A stretch of DNA of 64,000 nt, from positions 10,123 to 74,122 of the IMG/VR virus record IMGVR_UViG_3300033076_001247. One strand, 5' to 3'. Origin of the DNA: a virus. Lineage: Duplodnaviria > Caudoviricetes. Below are positions 1 to 8,265 of this stretch, in pieces. The notes beneath the pieces were generated by a model. That model did no database searches, was not told where the DNA came from, and was given only the letters and a program-made list of their open reading frames with translations. The position numbers and the translations under genes are program-made. Numbering within the stretch: position 1 is the first letter of the stretch; each line of letters begins with the position of its first letter.

Positions 1-1987
1 TCCACGCGGCGGCCGCATTCTGAGACCTGAGAAACTTGTCTGAGCGCGCCGGCATGGTCTCGATGGTGACGCCCATCGACTGCATGAGCTGTGCGACGCC
101 GGCCTCCGTGCCGCCCGTGTACCAGCGCATCGGGGCGGCGTAGCGGGCCTTGAGCGAGGCGAGTTGCTGCGCCATCTGCGGCGCCTCGAGCTGCGCCCGG
201 ACGACGTCGAGGACGTAGCAGTGGCCTTGCCCATCGGCGGCGAGGACGACGGCCACCGAGTAGTCCGCCCGGCTCTTGGCCGTGTACGCAAGGTCGACGC
301 CGATGGCGACGCGCCAGACATGCGACCGGACGACGGTCGTCTGCGGGTCGTAGAGGCGGACGTCTCGGAAGACGGCGCCGCCTCGAGGGCGCGGCTCGCC
401 CATATAGAGGGAGGCCCAGCTGTACTCGCCGAGCGCCTCGCGCTGCTCCTTGAGCCAAGCGGGCGAGTACCGCTCGGGCCAGAGCGGGGCGCCCTCGGGC
501 GAGACGGCCTGCAGGTTGACCCGCTCCCACCCGTGCTGCTTGACGAGGCGGCCGGCGAGGTCATCCTCGTGCCAGCGGGTGTGGACGACGATGACGGAGG
601 CGGCCGGGTTGAGGCGGGTCTTGGCGACGTCGGTAAAGAACTGCCACACCCGCTCGCGCTTGAGCGCGGACTCAGCCTCGACGCGGTCCTTGTAGGGGTC
701 GTCGATGACGAAGATGCCGTCGACGCTCTTGCCTGTGAGCTGGCCCGAGACGCCTTCGGCGATGAGCCCGCCGCCTCGAGCGGTGCGCCACCGACGGAGC
801 GCCGCCTGGTCGCTCATCTCGACGCCGGCCGAGTCGGTGATGGACCGGATGCGCCGGCTTTGGTCGGTCGCGAAGTTACCGGCGTAAGTGACGTAGGCGT
901 GCGTTCGCGTCGGGTCTTGAGCGAGGTGCCACGCAAGCGCGTGCATGATCGTCTCGCTCTTGCCGTGCTGCGGCGGGGCGGAGACGACGGCTCGGACCGG
1001 CTCGTGGCGGGCGCGCTCGAGGAGGGCGACAAGGGGCGCGAGGTGGCGCGGGGCGATAAGGGATCCGCCGCTGACGCGCTCGATGAACGAGTTCAACGGC
1101 TCGGCGGCGGTCCGCATGTCGGCGCTCAGGATGGGCGCGACGAGCATCCGGCGCTGCCATGCCGACTCGTCCATGTCCTTCTTGCGCCGCTCGACGCGCT
1201 CGAGGTTCCACTTCTCGGGCCACGTCGGGGCGCCTGCAGCGTCGACGACCGGCGAGCGGACGATCTGCACGTCGGGCTGCGAGGCGAGTCGGGACACGGC
1301 GTCGTCCGGGTGCAGCGGCGTCCCGAGGGCGACGACGGCCCCATAGGGCGAGACCGACGCAAACAGGACCGCCTCGAACCAGTCGCGAATGAGCTGGCGG
1401 GCGCCCGGCGTGCGGACGTGCTCGTCGGCGAGGGCGTCGTCGATGACGAGCAGGTCGATGGGGGCGCGGGAGACGAGGCCGAGGCCGGTCCCGACCGCCT
1501 GGACGGACGGGTCGCGGTGGACCCTGCCGGCGACCGCGAGGCTGCGGGCCTTCGGTTCCCCGTCGAGGCGCAGGTCGGGGAAGACGTGGCGCAGCTCGGG
1601 CGACGAGTCCAGGTAGCGGGCGACGAGCCCGAGGACCGTCCGAGCCGCCGGCAGGGTGCGCCCGACGATGACGATGCGGGCGTTCCTGTTCTTCCCGAGG
1701 GTGTGCAGGATTCGCGAGACGGACCAGAGCGACCGGCCCGACTGGTCGTGCGCCCAGAGGACGGTGCGGCGGCTGCGCTCGGCGGTGAGGTGCCACCGGA
1801 TCTGCTCGCCCGAGAGCTTGACCTTCTCGCCGGTGGCCGTGTCGCGCAACACCATCTCCGCAAACGACAGCGGATCGGCGGCGGCGAGCGCGTAGTGCGC
1901 CTGCCTCGCCCGCTGCCCGGCGCGGCGGAGTTCCACCATCGCAAGGCGCTCGGCCGTCTCGCGGTCGTAGACCGACGGGTTGGTCAC
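1..1987 (-). CDS. terL: Terminase large subunit, 3'-truncated by the window, with tandem ATPase domains (degenerate + intact) and an RNase H-like nuclease domain
   Basis: Manual translation from GTG 1987, which overlaps the TGA of the upstream MTase; open to the window edge and missing from the ORF track. The second domain has Walker A PPQHGKS, Walker B IFVIDDPY, TRWHEDD, LWPERY and nuclease IGVDLA..DYSVAVV. The first domain has HDQSGRS, LLVIDD, GTPLHPDD and TWPEKW. Confidence 0.93.
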   Translation of the reverse strand, partial: MTNPSVYDRETAERLAMVELRRAGQRARQAHYALAAADPLSFAEMVLRDTATGEKVKLSGEQIRWHLTAERSRRTVLWAHDQSGRSLWSVSRILHTLGKNRNARIVIVGRTLPAARTVLGLVARYLDSSPELRHVFPDLRLDGEPKARSLAVAGRVHRDPSVQAVGTGLGLVSRAPIDLLVIDDALADEHVRTPGARQLIRDWFEAVLFASVSPYGAVVALGTPLHPDDAVSRLASQPDVQIVRSPVVDAAGAPTWPEKWNLERVERRKKDMDESAWQRRMLVAPILSADMRTAAEPLNSFIERVSGGSLIAPRHLAPLVALLERARHEPVRAVVSAPPQHGKSETIMHALAWHLAQDPTRTHAYVTYAGNFATDQSRRIRSITDSAGVEMSDQAALRRWRTARGGGLIAEGVSGQLTGKSVDGIFVIDDPYKDRVEAESALKRERVWQFFTDVAKTRLNPAASVIVVHTRWHEDDLAGRLVKQHGWERVNLQAVSPEGAPLWPERYSPAWLKEQREALGEYSWASLYMGEPRPRGGAVFRDVRLYDPQTTVVRSHVWRVAIGVDLAYTAKSRADYSVAVVLAADGQGHCYVLDVVRAQLEAPQMAQQLASLKARYAAPMRWYTGGTEAGVAQLMQSMGVTIETMPARSDKFLRSQNAAAAW

Positions 1988-2427
1988 GGACAGGCTCGGG
2001 CGCGGAAGGTCAGGAGCATCGACGGGAAGGGCGCGCCCACCTTGGCGTCGCCGAACTTGAGCCGACCGCGCAGGAACTCGACGGCGCAGTCTGGGTTGTG
2101 CAGGCAGTGGTCGTGGAACCACGCGACGTCGGTGCGGCTCGGGACGAGCATCACAACGACGGTCGACGGGGCGTCCTTGACCGACTGCGCGGCCTTCTCG
2201 ACCCACCGGCCGATGCCGCGCCCGTAGGGCGGGTTGCACCAGGCGCGCTCGCCGGCCCACGACTGCGCGAGGCCGTCGGCCGCCTCGTCGTAGAAGCGGG
2301 CGCATTTGGCGTTGCCGGCGTCGGCCGCGACGTCGACGGTGAACCGCCAGACGGCATCGAGCCGGTCGAACAACGCCTGCGGCGTCGCCCACTCGACGGT
2401 CTTGGACTGCGCGATGTAGCCGCTCAC
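1984..2427 (-). CDS. Phage DNA N6-adenine methyltransferase (Dam-like, PF05869 type)
   Basis: WATPQ..F..L, DVAA...NAKC..FY, WCNPPY catalytic motif, VVMLVPSRTD..WFH. Confidence 0.92.
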   Translation of the reverse strand: MSGYIAQSKTVEWATPQALFDRLDAVWRFTVDVAADAGNAKCARFYDEAADGLAQSWAGERAWCNPPYGRGIGRWVEKAAQSVKDAPSTVVVMLVPSRTDVAWFHDHCLHNPDCAVEFLRGRLKFGDAKVGAPFPSMLLTFRARACP

Positions 2428-2717
2428 GCGCCGGTCTCAGGCTGGTAGCGGACGCCACAGAACGGGCAGTACCGGATGGGCGATACCGTGACCTTGCCGC
2501 TCGGGTGCAGGCGGCGGATCTGGTGATACGACCGGAGTTCCGGCCGCTTACCGCGCAGGGCGAGGCCCGACAGCGCCATGTCCTCGCAGCAGTCGGCCCG
2601 CTCGGTCTCGTCGTCGGTGAGCCTGTCGCGGGCGGCGGCCTGCCGCTTGTTCTCGGCCTTGTGGGCGATTCGGCGCGCCGCGTCGTGCATCGCGCTGGCG
2701 ATCTCCTCGGCGGTCAC
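2424..2717 (-). CDS. Hypothetical protein with C-terminal CPFC Zn motif
   Basis: GTG 2717 overlaps the upstream stop (GTGA coupling); MTAEEIASAMHD...YCPFCGVRY. Confidence 0.6.
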   Translation of the reverse strand: MTAEEIASAMHDAARRIAHKAENKRQAAARDRLTDDETERADCCEDMALSGLALRGKRPELRSYHQIRRLHPSGKVTVSPIRYCPFCGVRYQPETGA

Positions 2718-2971
2718 AGCTGCACCTCGGGGTTGGCCTTTGCCGCCTCGGCCTTTATGGTCTCGACGAGCCCCGCGACGCGGTCGCGGCAGGTCTGGTC
2801 GTGGAGGGCGCCGAAGAGGTGGATGGTGCGGTTGATGTCGCGCTCCGACGGGGTGCGACGCCCCGGCGAGACGAGCGGCTGCACGGTCCCGCAGAGGCGG
2901 CACTCGACGGAGGTGACCCGCCCGCGCGGGTGCCGGCGGACGACAACCTGGACGTGGTCGGGCCTTCTCAT
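2714..2971 (-). CDS. Hypothetical protein (CxxC/H..C Zn-binding)
   Basis: Coupled at both ends; ECRLCG, HDQTC. Confidence 0.6.
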   Translation of the reverse strand: MRRPDHVQVVVRRHPRGRVTSVECRLCGTVQPLVSPGRRTPSERDINRTIHLFGALHDQTCRDRVAGLVETIKAEAAKANPEVQL

Positions 2972-3888
2972 GCCTCTGCCACCTTTGTTCGCCCTCCGAG
3001 GGCGTTCTGGGATTCGACGACGAGCCCGAGCTGCCGGGCGCGCTGGACTGCGGCCTCGGCCTCTTGGACTGCGGAGACGGCCTCGTCGACGCTGATCTCG
3101 TGTTGGACGACGCCGATGATGGCCTGCGGGGCGCCGACGTGCAGGCGCTCGAGTTCGATGACGACCTGCGCCGCGAGCGTCGCGTCCTTCACCGTGCGGG
3201 ATATCTGCCCGATGGTCGAGGCCGCCTTGTCGATGGGTATCTGGCCGGCGTCGATGGCGGCGCGGAGCTGGTCGGCGAGTTTGGCGAGGCCGGGCATCAA
3301 GCGCATCGTCCCGCCGAGGGTGCCGATGGCCGCGCCTCGAGCCAAACGGACGAGCTGCGCCTCCTGCGTGCGCGCCTCGAGCGCCTGCTGCCTGGCCTTC
3401 TCGCGCTCCGCCTCCTCGGCGGCTTCCTTCGCCGCTCGAGCTCGGGCGGCTTCCTCCCGCTCCCGGAGCGCCTGCTCGGCGATGCGCCGGCGCAGCTCGT
3501 CGGCCTCGGCCTCGGCCTTTTGAATCTCGGCGACCGTGTCGGCCTGCCGGCGGGCCTCGACGTCGGCGAGGGCGGCTTGCCGCTTGGCGGCGGCGCGCTC
3601 GTCGGCTGCCTGTTGCTTCGCTGTTCGCTTTCGCTGGCGCTCAGCGTCGACCTGCGACTCGACGGCGGCCTCGAGCGAGGCGCGGACCTCCGCCGAGTCT
3701 TCGGTCAGAACGAGTGCGATGGGTCGCGCCCACTCCCAGCGGTCGGGCCAGCCGACGTTGTAGGCGCGGCGCGCGGTGACACGGGAGACATCGGCGGCCT
3801 TGGCCGCTCGGTGCCAGTTGGTCCCGTGCGTTCGGAACGCCTCGACGAGCCGCAGGTAGGTGTGCTTGTCGATGAAGCGTTCAGGCAT
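2968..3888 (-). CDS. HTH + long coiled-coil protein, candidate terminase small subunit
   Basis: N-terminal HTH-like NWHRAAKAADVSRVTARRAY, Ala/Glu/Arg coiled coil, position upstream of terL. The function is inferred from position only. Confidence 0.45.
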   Translation of the reverse strand: MPERFIDKHTYLRLVEAFRTHGTNWHRAAKAADVSRVTARRAYNVGWPDRWEWARPIALVLTEDSAEVRASLEAAVESQVDAERQRKRTAKQQAADERAAAKRQAALADVEARRQADTVAEIQKAEAEADELRRRIAEQALREREEAARARAAKEAAEEAEREKARQQALEARTQEAQLVRLARGAAIGTLGGTMRLMPGLAKLADQLRAAIDAGQIPIDKAASTIGQISRTVKDATLAAQVVIELERLHVGAPQAIIGVVQHEISVDEAVSAVQEAEAAVQRARQLGLVVESQNALGGRTKVAEA

Positions 3889-3941
3889 CTTCCGACACCC
3901 TACTTCCGACATGTCGCAAAGAGCAAGCGAGGTGTCGCAAG
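3889..3941. repeat. Nested inverted repeats (four TTC/GCGACA-type units)
   Basis: ttccgaca at 3890 and 3904, tgtcgcaa at 3912 and 3933; outer 11-bp arms 3889-3899/3931-3941 match 10/11. Confidence 0.7.
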
Positions 3942-4035
3942 TTGGCGGTCGTAATCCTGTCGAATCGCGCTAGGCCGCGCCGGTACTGAACGAAAACTCA
4001 AGATGCGACACTTCCACCGAAGGTCGTCTCTGACG

Positions 4036-4254
4036 CTACTCCCCCACCCACCCGTTGCCCCTGGCGAACTGGAGCGCCCTCGCCACGGTCGGGAAGTAGA
4101 GCGCATGGCTCTCGACGCCCTCTCCGATGTGCCAGCCCTTGAGCCTGGTCGAGCCGCACCAGACGTGGCCGTCGACGCAGGCGAGGGAGGCGCCGCCGTT
4201 CGGGTAGCAGACGACGGTGACGGCGGCGGAAGGGTCGGGGCGTTCGTAGGTCAT
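4036..4254 (-). CDS. Hypothetical protein
   Basis: 72-aa ORF with phage-like codon usage. Confidence 0.55.
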   Translation of the reverse strand: MTYERPDPSAAVTVVCYPNGGASLACVDGHVWCGSTRLKGWHIGEGVESHALYFPTVARALQFARGNGWVGE

Positions 4255-4438
4255 GGGACCGGATTCCCTAGCGCCGAGGCGGGAGTCGGGATAGGTGACG
4301 CGGACCAGCTCGAGAGAGCGGACCCGCCCATGACGGGCGAGGATATGGGCGCAAGCCTGTGGCCGACGGTCCGATGGCTCACGCGGTGGTGTTTTGTGTT
4401 GCCGGGGGCGGTGCCGTGCAGGTTACGGGCCGCCCTCG

Positions 4439-4654
4439 TTACGTTTCTCCGCCGACGAGCTCCCACAGGTCGTCTTTGCGGGTGCCGAGGCGTCGCCAGA
4501 CGGAGACCTCGTCGCTGAACCATCTGCGGACGGCGAGCTCGTCATCGGTCTCACGGACGACGGAGTGCGCCATGCCGATGACCTGGTCGCGGCGGGCGCG
4601 GGCTCGGCCGGCGGTACCGAGGCCGGAGGACAGGTCGTACAGGGTGGCGCTCAT
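4439..4654 (-). CDS. Hypothetical protein
   Basis: 71-aa ORF, GAGG upstream. Confidence 0.5.
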   Translation of the reverse strand: MSATLYDLSSGLGTAGRARARRDQVIGMAHSVVRETDDELAVRRWFSDEVSVWRRLGTRKDDLWELVGGET

Positions 4655-4774
4655 GGACGGGTGCCTCGCGAACGGAAACGGGGTCAGCAGCGATTCGGGA
4701 GGGGTCGGCGCTGTCTGCGGACATTGAACACACCAGACGCGAAGCGCGGGCCGTTCCTGCCGGTCGTGATTATG

Positions 4775-5044
4775 TCAAGTGCGTCGGCGGGCGGCGCGGG
4801 ACTGATCGGCGAGGTCGGCGAGGACGGCGTCTCGGACCCGGTCGCCTCGCGGCGTGACGCGGTACGTCAAGCCGTCGCGGTGGAGTGTGCCGATATTGCA
4901 CAGCGCCTCGAGGACGGCGCGGGCGCGGATGCGCGGCTCTCGGACGGACTCCTCATCGAGGAACCAGGTCACGTCGGCCTCAGTCGTCTCCGAGTCGAAC
5001 CGGATGAGCACCGTACGCATGAGCGGGGAGAGCGGGGGGAGCAT
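4775..5044 (-). CDS. Small winged-helix-like protein
   Basis: ATG overlaps the upstream TGA; AVLEALCNIGTLHRDGLTYRVTPRG resembles a wHTH wing. Confidence 0.5.
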   Translation of the reverse strand: MLPPLSPLMRTVLIRFDSETTEADVTWFLDEESVREPRIRARAVLEALCNIGTLHRDGLTYRVTPRGDRVRDAVLADLADQSRAARRRT

Positions 5045-5541
5045 CACTTGGTAAGTATTACCGCACGGCCGGTGTCGGACTGAAGCAGATTCCAGAGCGG
5101 CAGCACCTCGTCTCGGTTGACCCCGTGAGTCGTGAGCCAATGGCACCACTCAGCCAGCTTCTCGACGCGGCTCGTGATGATGGTCCGCAGGCCGCGCTCG
5201 TGCCGGTTCCGCACCAGCATGACGAAGTCGTAAAGGACGCCGGGGTCGATGTACCCGTGCGCCTTGTAGAAAACGACGACCGGCGCGTTCTGAACCCGGA
5301 GCATCTCGTCGTCCGACGGGATGCTCATGTTCGGTTCAATCATGTCGCACCAGGGCGCGCCGACCTTGTTGTCGGGCGTGAGGCTCGCCATGAGGTAGCG
5401 GGCGACAGCCGGCGCCGAGATGTCGGCCGGGTCGTCGAGCACGAGCAAGGTGCGGAGGGTGGGCGTCTCGACGAGGCGCTGAACGGCGCCCTCGGCGGCG
5501 CGGTGCAGGGGCGAGCGTGCTTTCGGGGCGATGAACTTCAT
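5044..5541 (-). CDS. Degenerate DnaC/IstB-like AAA+ paralog (Walker A and B lost)
   Basis: Aligns by eye with the adjacent ATPase (AAEGAVQRLVETPTLRTLLV; RNRHERGLRTIITS) but lacks GKT and DD. Confidence 0.6.
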   Translation of the reverse strand: MKFIAPKARSPLHRAAEGAVQRLVETPTLRTLLVLDDPADISAPAVARYLMASLTPDNKVGAPWCDMIEPNMSIPSDDEMLRVQNAPVVVFYKAHGYIDPGVLYDFVMLVRNRHERGLRTIITSRVEKLAEWCHWLTTHGVNRDEVLPLWNLLQSDTGRAVILTK

Positions 5542-6302
5542 TCAGCGGACTCCTGCGTGTGGGTGGGTCGGATGTCGTCGCCCTTGCAGACAACGAAGCG
5601 GGTGGCGGTCGGGTCGGACAGGCGCGACATGAGGCTGTCGGTGTACCGCAGGTCCATGAACTGGTTGCGGTACTGGACGGCCTGCTCGGGTGTGACGACC
5701 TTGGACGACCGGCGAAGGTTGGTCGTGATGATGGTCTTCCGGCCGTTGTCGTGGCGGTCGAGGATGAGGGAGAGCACCTGGTCGCTCGCCCAGTCGCCCG
5801 ACTCGCGGCCGAGGTCGTCGACGACGAGCAGGTGAGCGTCGATGCAGGCGTCCCGCTTGGCGGTCCATCGGTCGCCGACGGTGACGCGGGAGGCGTGGAG
5901 GAACTGGCAGACCTTGTGCTTTGCCATGTCCCAGAGCGACGGGTGGGCGAGGGGGTAGATGGCAGCGTAGGTCTTGCCACGACCGGCCTTGCCGGCGAGG
6001 ACGAGGGTGGCGAGCTCGGGGCGGGCGAGGAAGGCAGCGACAGCCTCGACGGCGGCTTGACTGCCCTCGTGACCGGGCAGGGCCGGGCAGAAGGCGGGGC
6101 CGGTCGCGATGGTCTCGACGAGGCGCTCGTTCTCGACACCGGCGAACCGGAGGCAGCCCCGGCGGCGGTCGGAGACGTCGATGGTGACGACGACGGGCTC
6201 GGGCCGAGCGACGGGCTCCGGCTCGGGCGGCATCTCGACGCGCTCTTCGAGTTCGGGGCCGGAGTAGTTTTCCCAGGGGGCGAGTTCGGACAGGGGCTTC
6301 AT
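5538..6302 (-). CDS. DnaC/IstB-like helicase-loader ATPase
   Basis: Walker A GKAGRGKT, Walker B LLVVDDLG, RHDNGRKTIITTN, SRL, GDDIR. Confidence 0.9.
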   Translation of the reverse strand: MKPLSELAPWENYSGPELEERVEMPPEPEPVARPEPVVVTIDVSDRRRGCLRFAGVENERLVETIATGPAFCPALPGHEGSQAAVEAVAAFLARPELATLVLAGKAGRGKTYAAIYPLAHPSLWDMAKHKVCQFLHASRVTVGDRWTAKRDACIDAHLLVVDDLGRESGDWASDQVLSLILDRHDNGRKTIITTNLRRSSKVVTPEQAVQYRNQFMDLRYTDSLMSRLSDPTATRFVVCKGDDIRPTHTQESAE

Positions 6303-6326
6303 GGCGGGTTCCTTTCGGGCGGCGGC

Positions 6327-7364
6327 TTAGGCTTCGCCGGCCCAGAGGCCGTCGAGGTCGCGACCGGTGATGTGCTTGGAGGGTTGCGGGCCGGCGGACT
6401 GGACGACCTTGGCCTTGAGACCGGCGGCCTTCTGGGCGGCCTCGGGCGCGACGAGGGCTCGGATGGGGAGGTGAGCGCTGTACGGGTCGGTGTGCAGGGT
6501 CTCGAGCACCCAGACGAGCTCGTCGATGCCGCGCGCCTTGCGCTGCTGAAAAAAGAAGATCCGGTCTTCCTTCGTCAACGCGGGCGGGAAGGGCGGCCGC
6601 TTGAGCTCGACGTAGCGGGCCACCCAGCGGTCGAGGTCGGCCGTGGCGGTCGGTTCGTCCTCGGGCTCTTCGGGGCGCTTGCGTCGACGGTCGGGCTTGC
6701 CGGTGGCCGGCAGGAGGCTTGCCTGTCCGGTGACGTCGACGACGGGTGTCGGGCGGGCGGGCGCTGCCGGCTGCATCGCCGTCGGCTGCGGGTCGGTCGT
6801 CTCTGCCAGCAGGAGGGGCGCCGGTCCGAGGTCGCCTTCCGCGCCGGCGTCAGCCGGCGAAGGTTCGGGAGAAGAGACGAGAGGCGAGACACGAGACACG
6901 AGAGGCGAGAGACGAGAAGCGAGAGACGAGATACGAGAAGACGGATCATCGGCTTGCGTCTGCTTGCAGATGATCGCAGGTGCAAGCAGGGGCGTGCCGT
7001 TGCCGACAATGTCCTCCGCGTGCAAGAGTTGCGCGCCCTCGGGGCTCGGGTACTTGCTCTTGCCGGCGCGGACGTTCTGGTAGGTGTGCCAGTTCGAGAA
7101 CCCGATAAACCTCGCGCCCTTGACCTCGTAGGCGTGCAGGATGTCGACCTCGACCAGCTTCGCGATCCAGGACAGGACGTGCTGGTCGGTCACCTCGGGC
7201 TTGAGCGGGTAGGCTCGCCCCCGGATGACCGGCGGGCGGGCGTCGAACCGGCCGTAGTCGTCCGAGATGAGGAGGAGACGGAAGAAGAACCGCTCCTCGT
7301 CGGCCGTGAGCTGGTCGATATTCGCGCTAACGAGAATGGCGTCCTTGATGATTCGGTTCGGCAT
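6327..7364 (-). CDS. Phage replication initiator (replisome organiser, lambda O-like architecture)
   Basis: MPNRIIK...FFFRLLLISDDYGRFDARP...NWHTYQ N-domain, low-complexity linker, upstream of the DnaC-like gene. Confidence 0.8.
   Translation of the reverse strand: MPNRIIKDAILVSANIDQLTADEERFFFRLLLISDDYGRFDARPPVIRGRAYPLKPEVTDQHVLSWIAKLVEVDILHAYEVKGARFIGFSNWHTYQNVRAGKSKYPSPEGAQLLHAEDIVGNGTPLLAPAIICKQTQADDPSSRISSLASRLSPLVSRVSPLVSSPEPSPADAGAEGDLGPAPLLLAETTDPQPTAMQPAAPARPTPVVDVTGQASLLPATGKPDRRRKRPEEPEDEPTATADLDRWVARYVELKRPPFPPALTKEDRIFFFQQRKARGIDELVWVLETLHTDPYSAHLPIRALVAPEAAQKAAGLKAKVVQSAGPQPSKHITGRDLDGLWAGEA
6876..6938. repeat. Nine tandem 7-bp NNCGAGA units inside the initiator gene
   Basis: gacgaga ggcgaga cacgaga cacgaga ggcgaga gacgaga agcgaga gacgaga tacgaga. 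Confidence 0.9.
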
Positions 7365-7368
7365 GGTC

Positions 7369-7836
7369 CTACCGGCCCAACTGGTGGGAGAGGAGGTCGA
7401 TAACGTCTGGGGATGAAACGGCTTCCATCATCTCGACAATGTGCTCGTCCTTCAGATCGCAGGCAGGCAGCTTGCTCAGTTGGCTGCAAACGACTGTCGC
7501 CGATGACATTGGCATGTCGGCAGTGACTCCAGAGACACGAATGAGGCCGGTAATACCATCGCCCTTCATGTACCCCTGTCTGAAAAAGTCCCGCGTGATC
7601 TCGGCCAGCTCTTTGCGCGTCAACGGTTCCCCGTTGTCGTGTCGCAGGTCGAGGCGCTCGTAGACCTGTGCAAACGTCAGCCGGTACAGCCCCGGCACCG
7701 CCGGATAGGTGTGTGGACCTGTCGTGATGAACATCCACGCGAGCTTCTGATGCGAACTCATGGCTCGGAAGTACGCATCCGCCCACGGTTCCCATCGGGA
7801 CATCTGGACCAGCTTCGCCTTTTCGTATCCTGCCAT
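7369..7836 (-). CDS. Second initiator-like winged-helix protein (N-terminal domain only)
   Basis: ATG 7836 with GGAGG; W.D.YF..MS..QKLAWMFITT..H....GLY.L pattern typical of phage replication-protein N-domains. Confidence 0.6.
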   Translation of the reverse strand: MAGYEKAKLVQMSRWEPWADAYFRAMSSHQKLAWMFITTGPHTYPAVPGLYRLTFAQVYERLDLRHDNGEPLTRKELAEITRDFFRQGYMKGDGITGLIRVSGVTADMPMSSATVVCSQLSKLPACDLKDEHIVEMMEAVSSPDVIDLLSHQLGR

Positions 7837-7882
7837 CCGCCCTCCTTCCTGACTTGAGGTTGACACCTCGGTTGCTTTTGTC

Positions 7883-7911
7883 TTGACCGCTACGGGCCTC
7901 TCCCGTAAAGT
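7883..7911 (+). promoter_or_regulatory. Sigma70-type promoter in the divergent control region
   Basis: TTGACC-N17-TAAAGT; overlaps inverted repeat 7907-7917/7929-7939 (10/11) and direct repeats CTTTGAGA and AGCGCAAGG. Confidence 0.7.
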
Positions 7912-7959
7912 CCTTTGAGACGGTAGCGCAAGGGACTTTGAGAGCGCAAGGAGAATCGG

Positions 7960-8265
7960 ATGCTCGGAGACGAACACAAGGCGACGGTCGACGGCTACGC
8001 CCGCTCGGTGCTCGAGGCATGGGCGAGCGACGGTCGGCCGATGGCGGAGTTCGCCGAGAGGGCAGGGCTGACGCCGCAGGCGGTCTCCCAGATACGGCTC
8101 GGCCAGTGGGGCGTCGGCATGAAGGGGCTGCGCGGCTTCTCGCACGCGCTTGGCGTCACGCTGTCGGACTTTGAGGAGCGCGCCCTCGCCTGGCACGCAG
8201 CGGGTCGGCCGCCGCTCGGGCCGGAGGCGCTGGCGGGTGTCAGCGTGCAGGGAGGTGGGAAGTGA
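7960..8265 (+). CDS. XRE/Cro-like HTH regulator
   Basis: MAEFAERAGLTPQAVSQIRLG...FSHALGV; first gene of the divergent unit. Confidence 0.8.
   Translation: MLGDEHKATVDGYARSVLEAWASDGRPMAEFAERAGLTPQAVSQIRLGQWGVGMKGLRGFSHALGVTLSDFEERALAWHAAGRPPLGPEALAGVSVQGGGK

Noticed and set aside
164-2227. 687-aa + strand ORF, and similar long ORFs at 5559-7403, 14101-15693, 31174-32601, 52913-54163 and 58975-60765
   Set aside because: Antisense shadow frames of real genes, expected in 70% GC DNA; no recognisable motifs. Only the last 145 codons of 31174-33039 (the resolvase) are real.
4385-4420. Fourth copy of the promoter module (TTGCCG...CAGGTT), and a lone TTGACA at 4773-4778 on the minus strand
   Set aside because: Wrong spacing or no -10 element, and no conserved leader.
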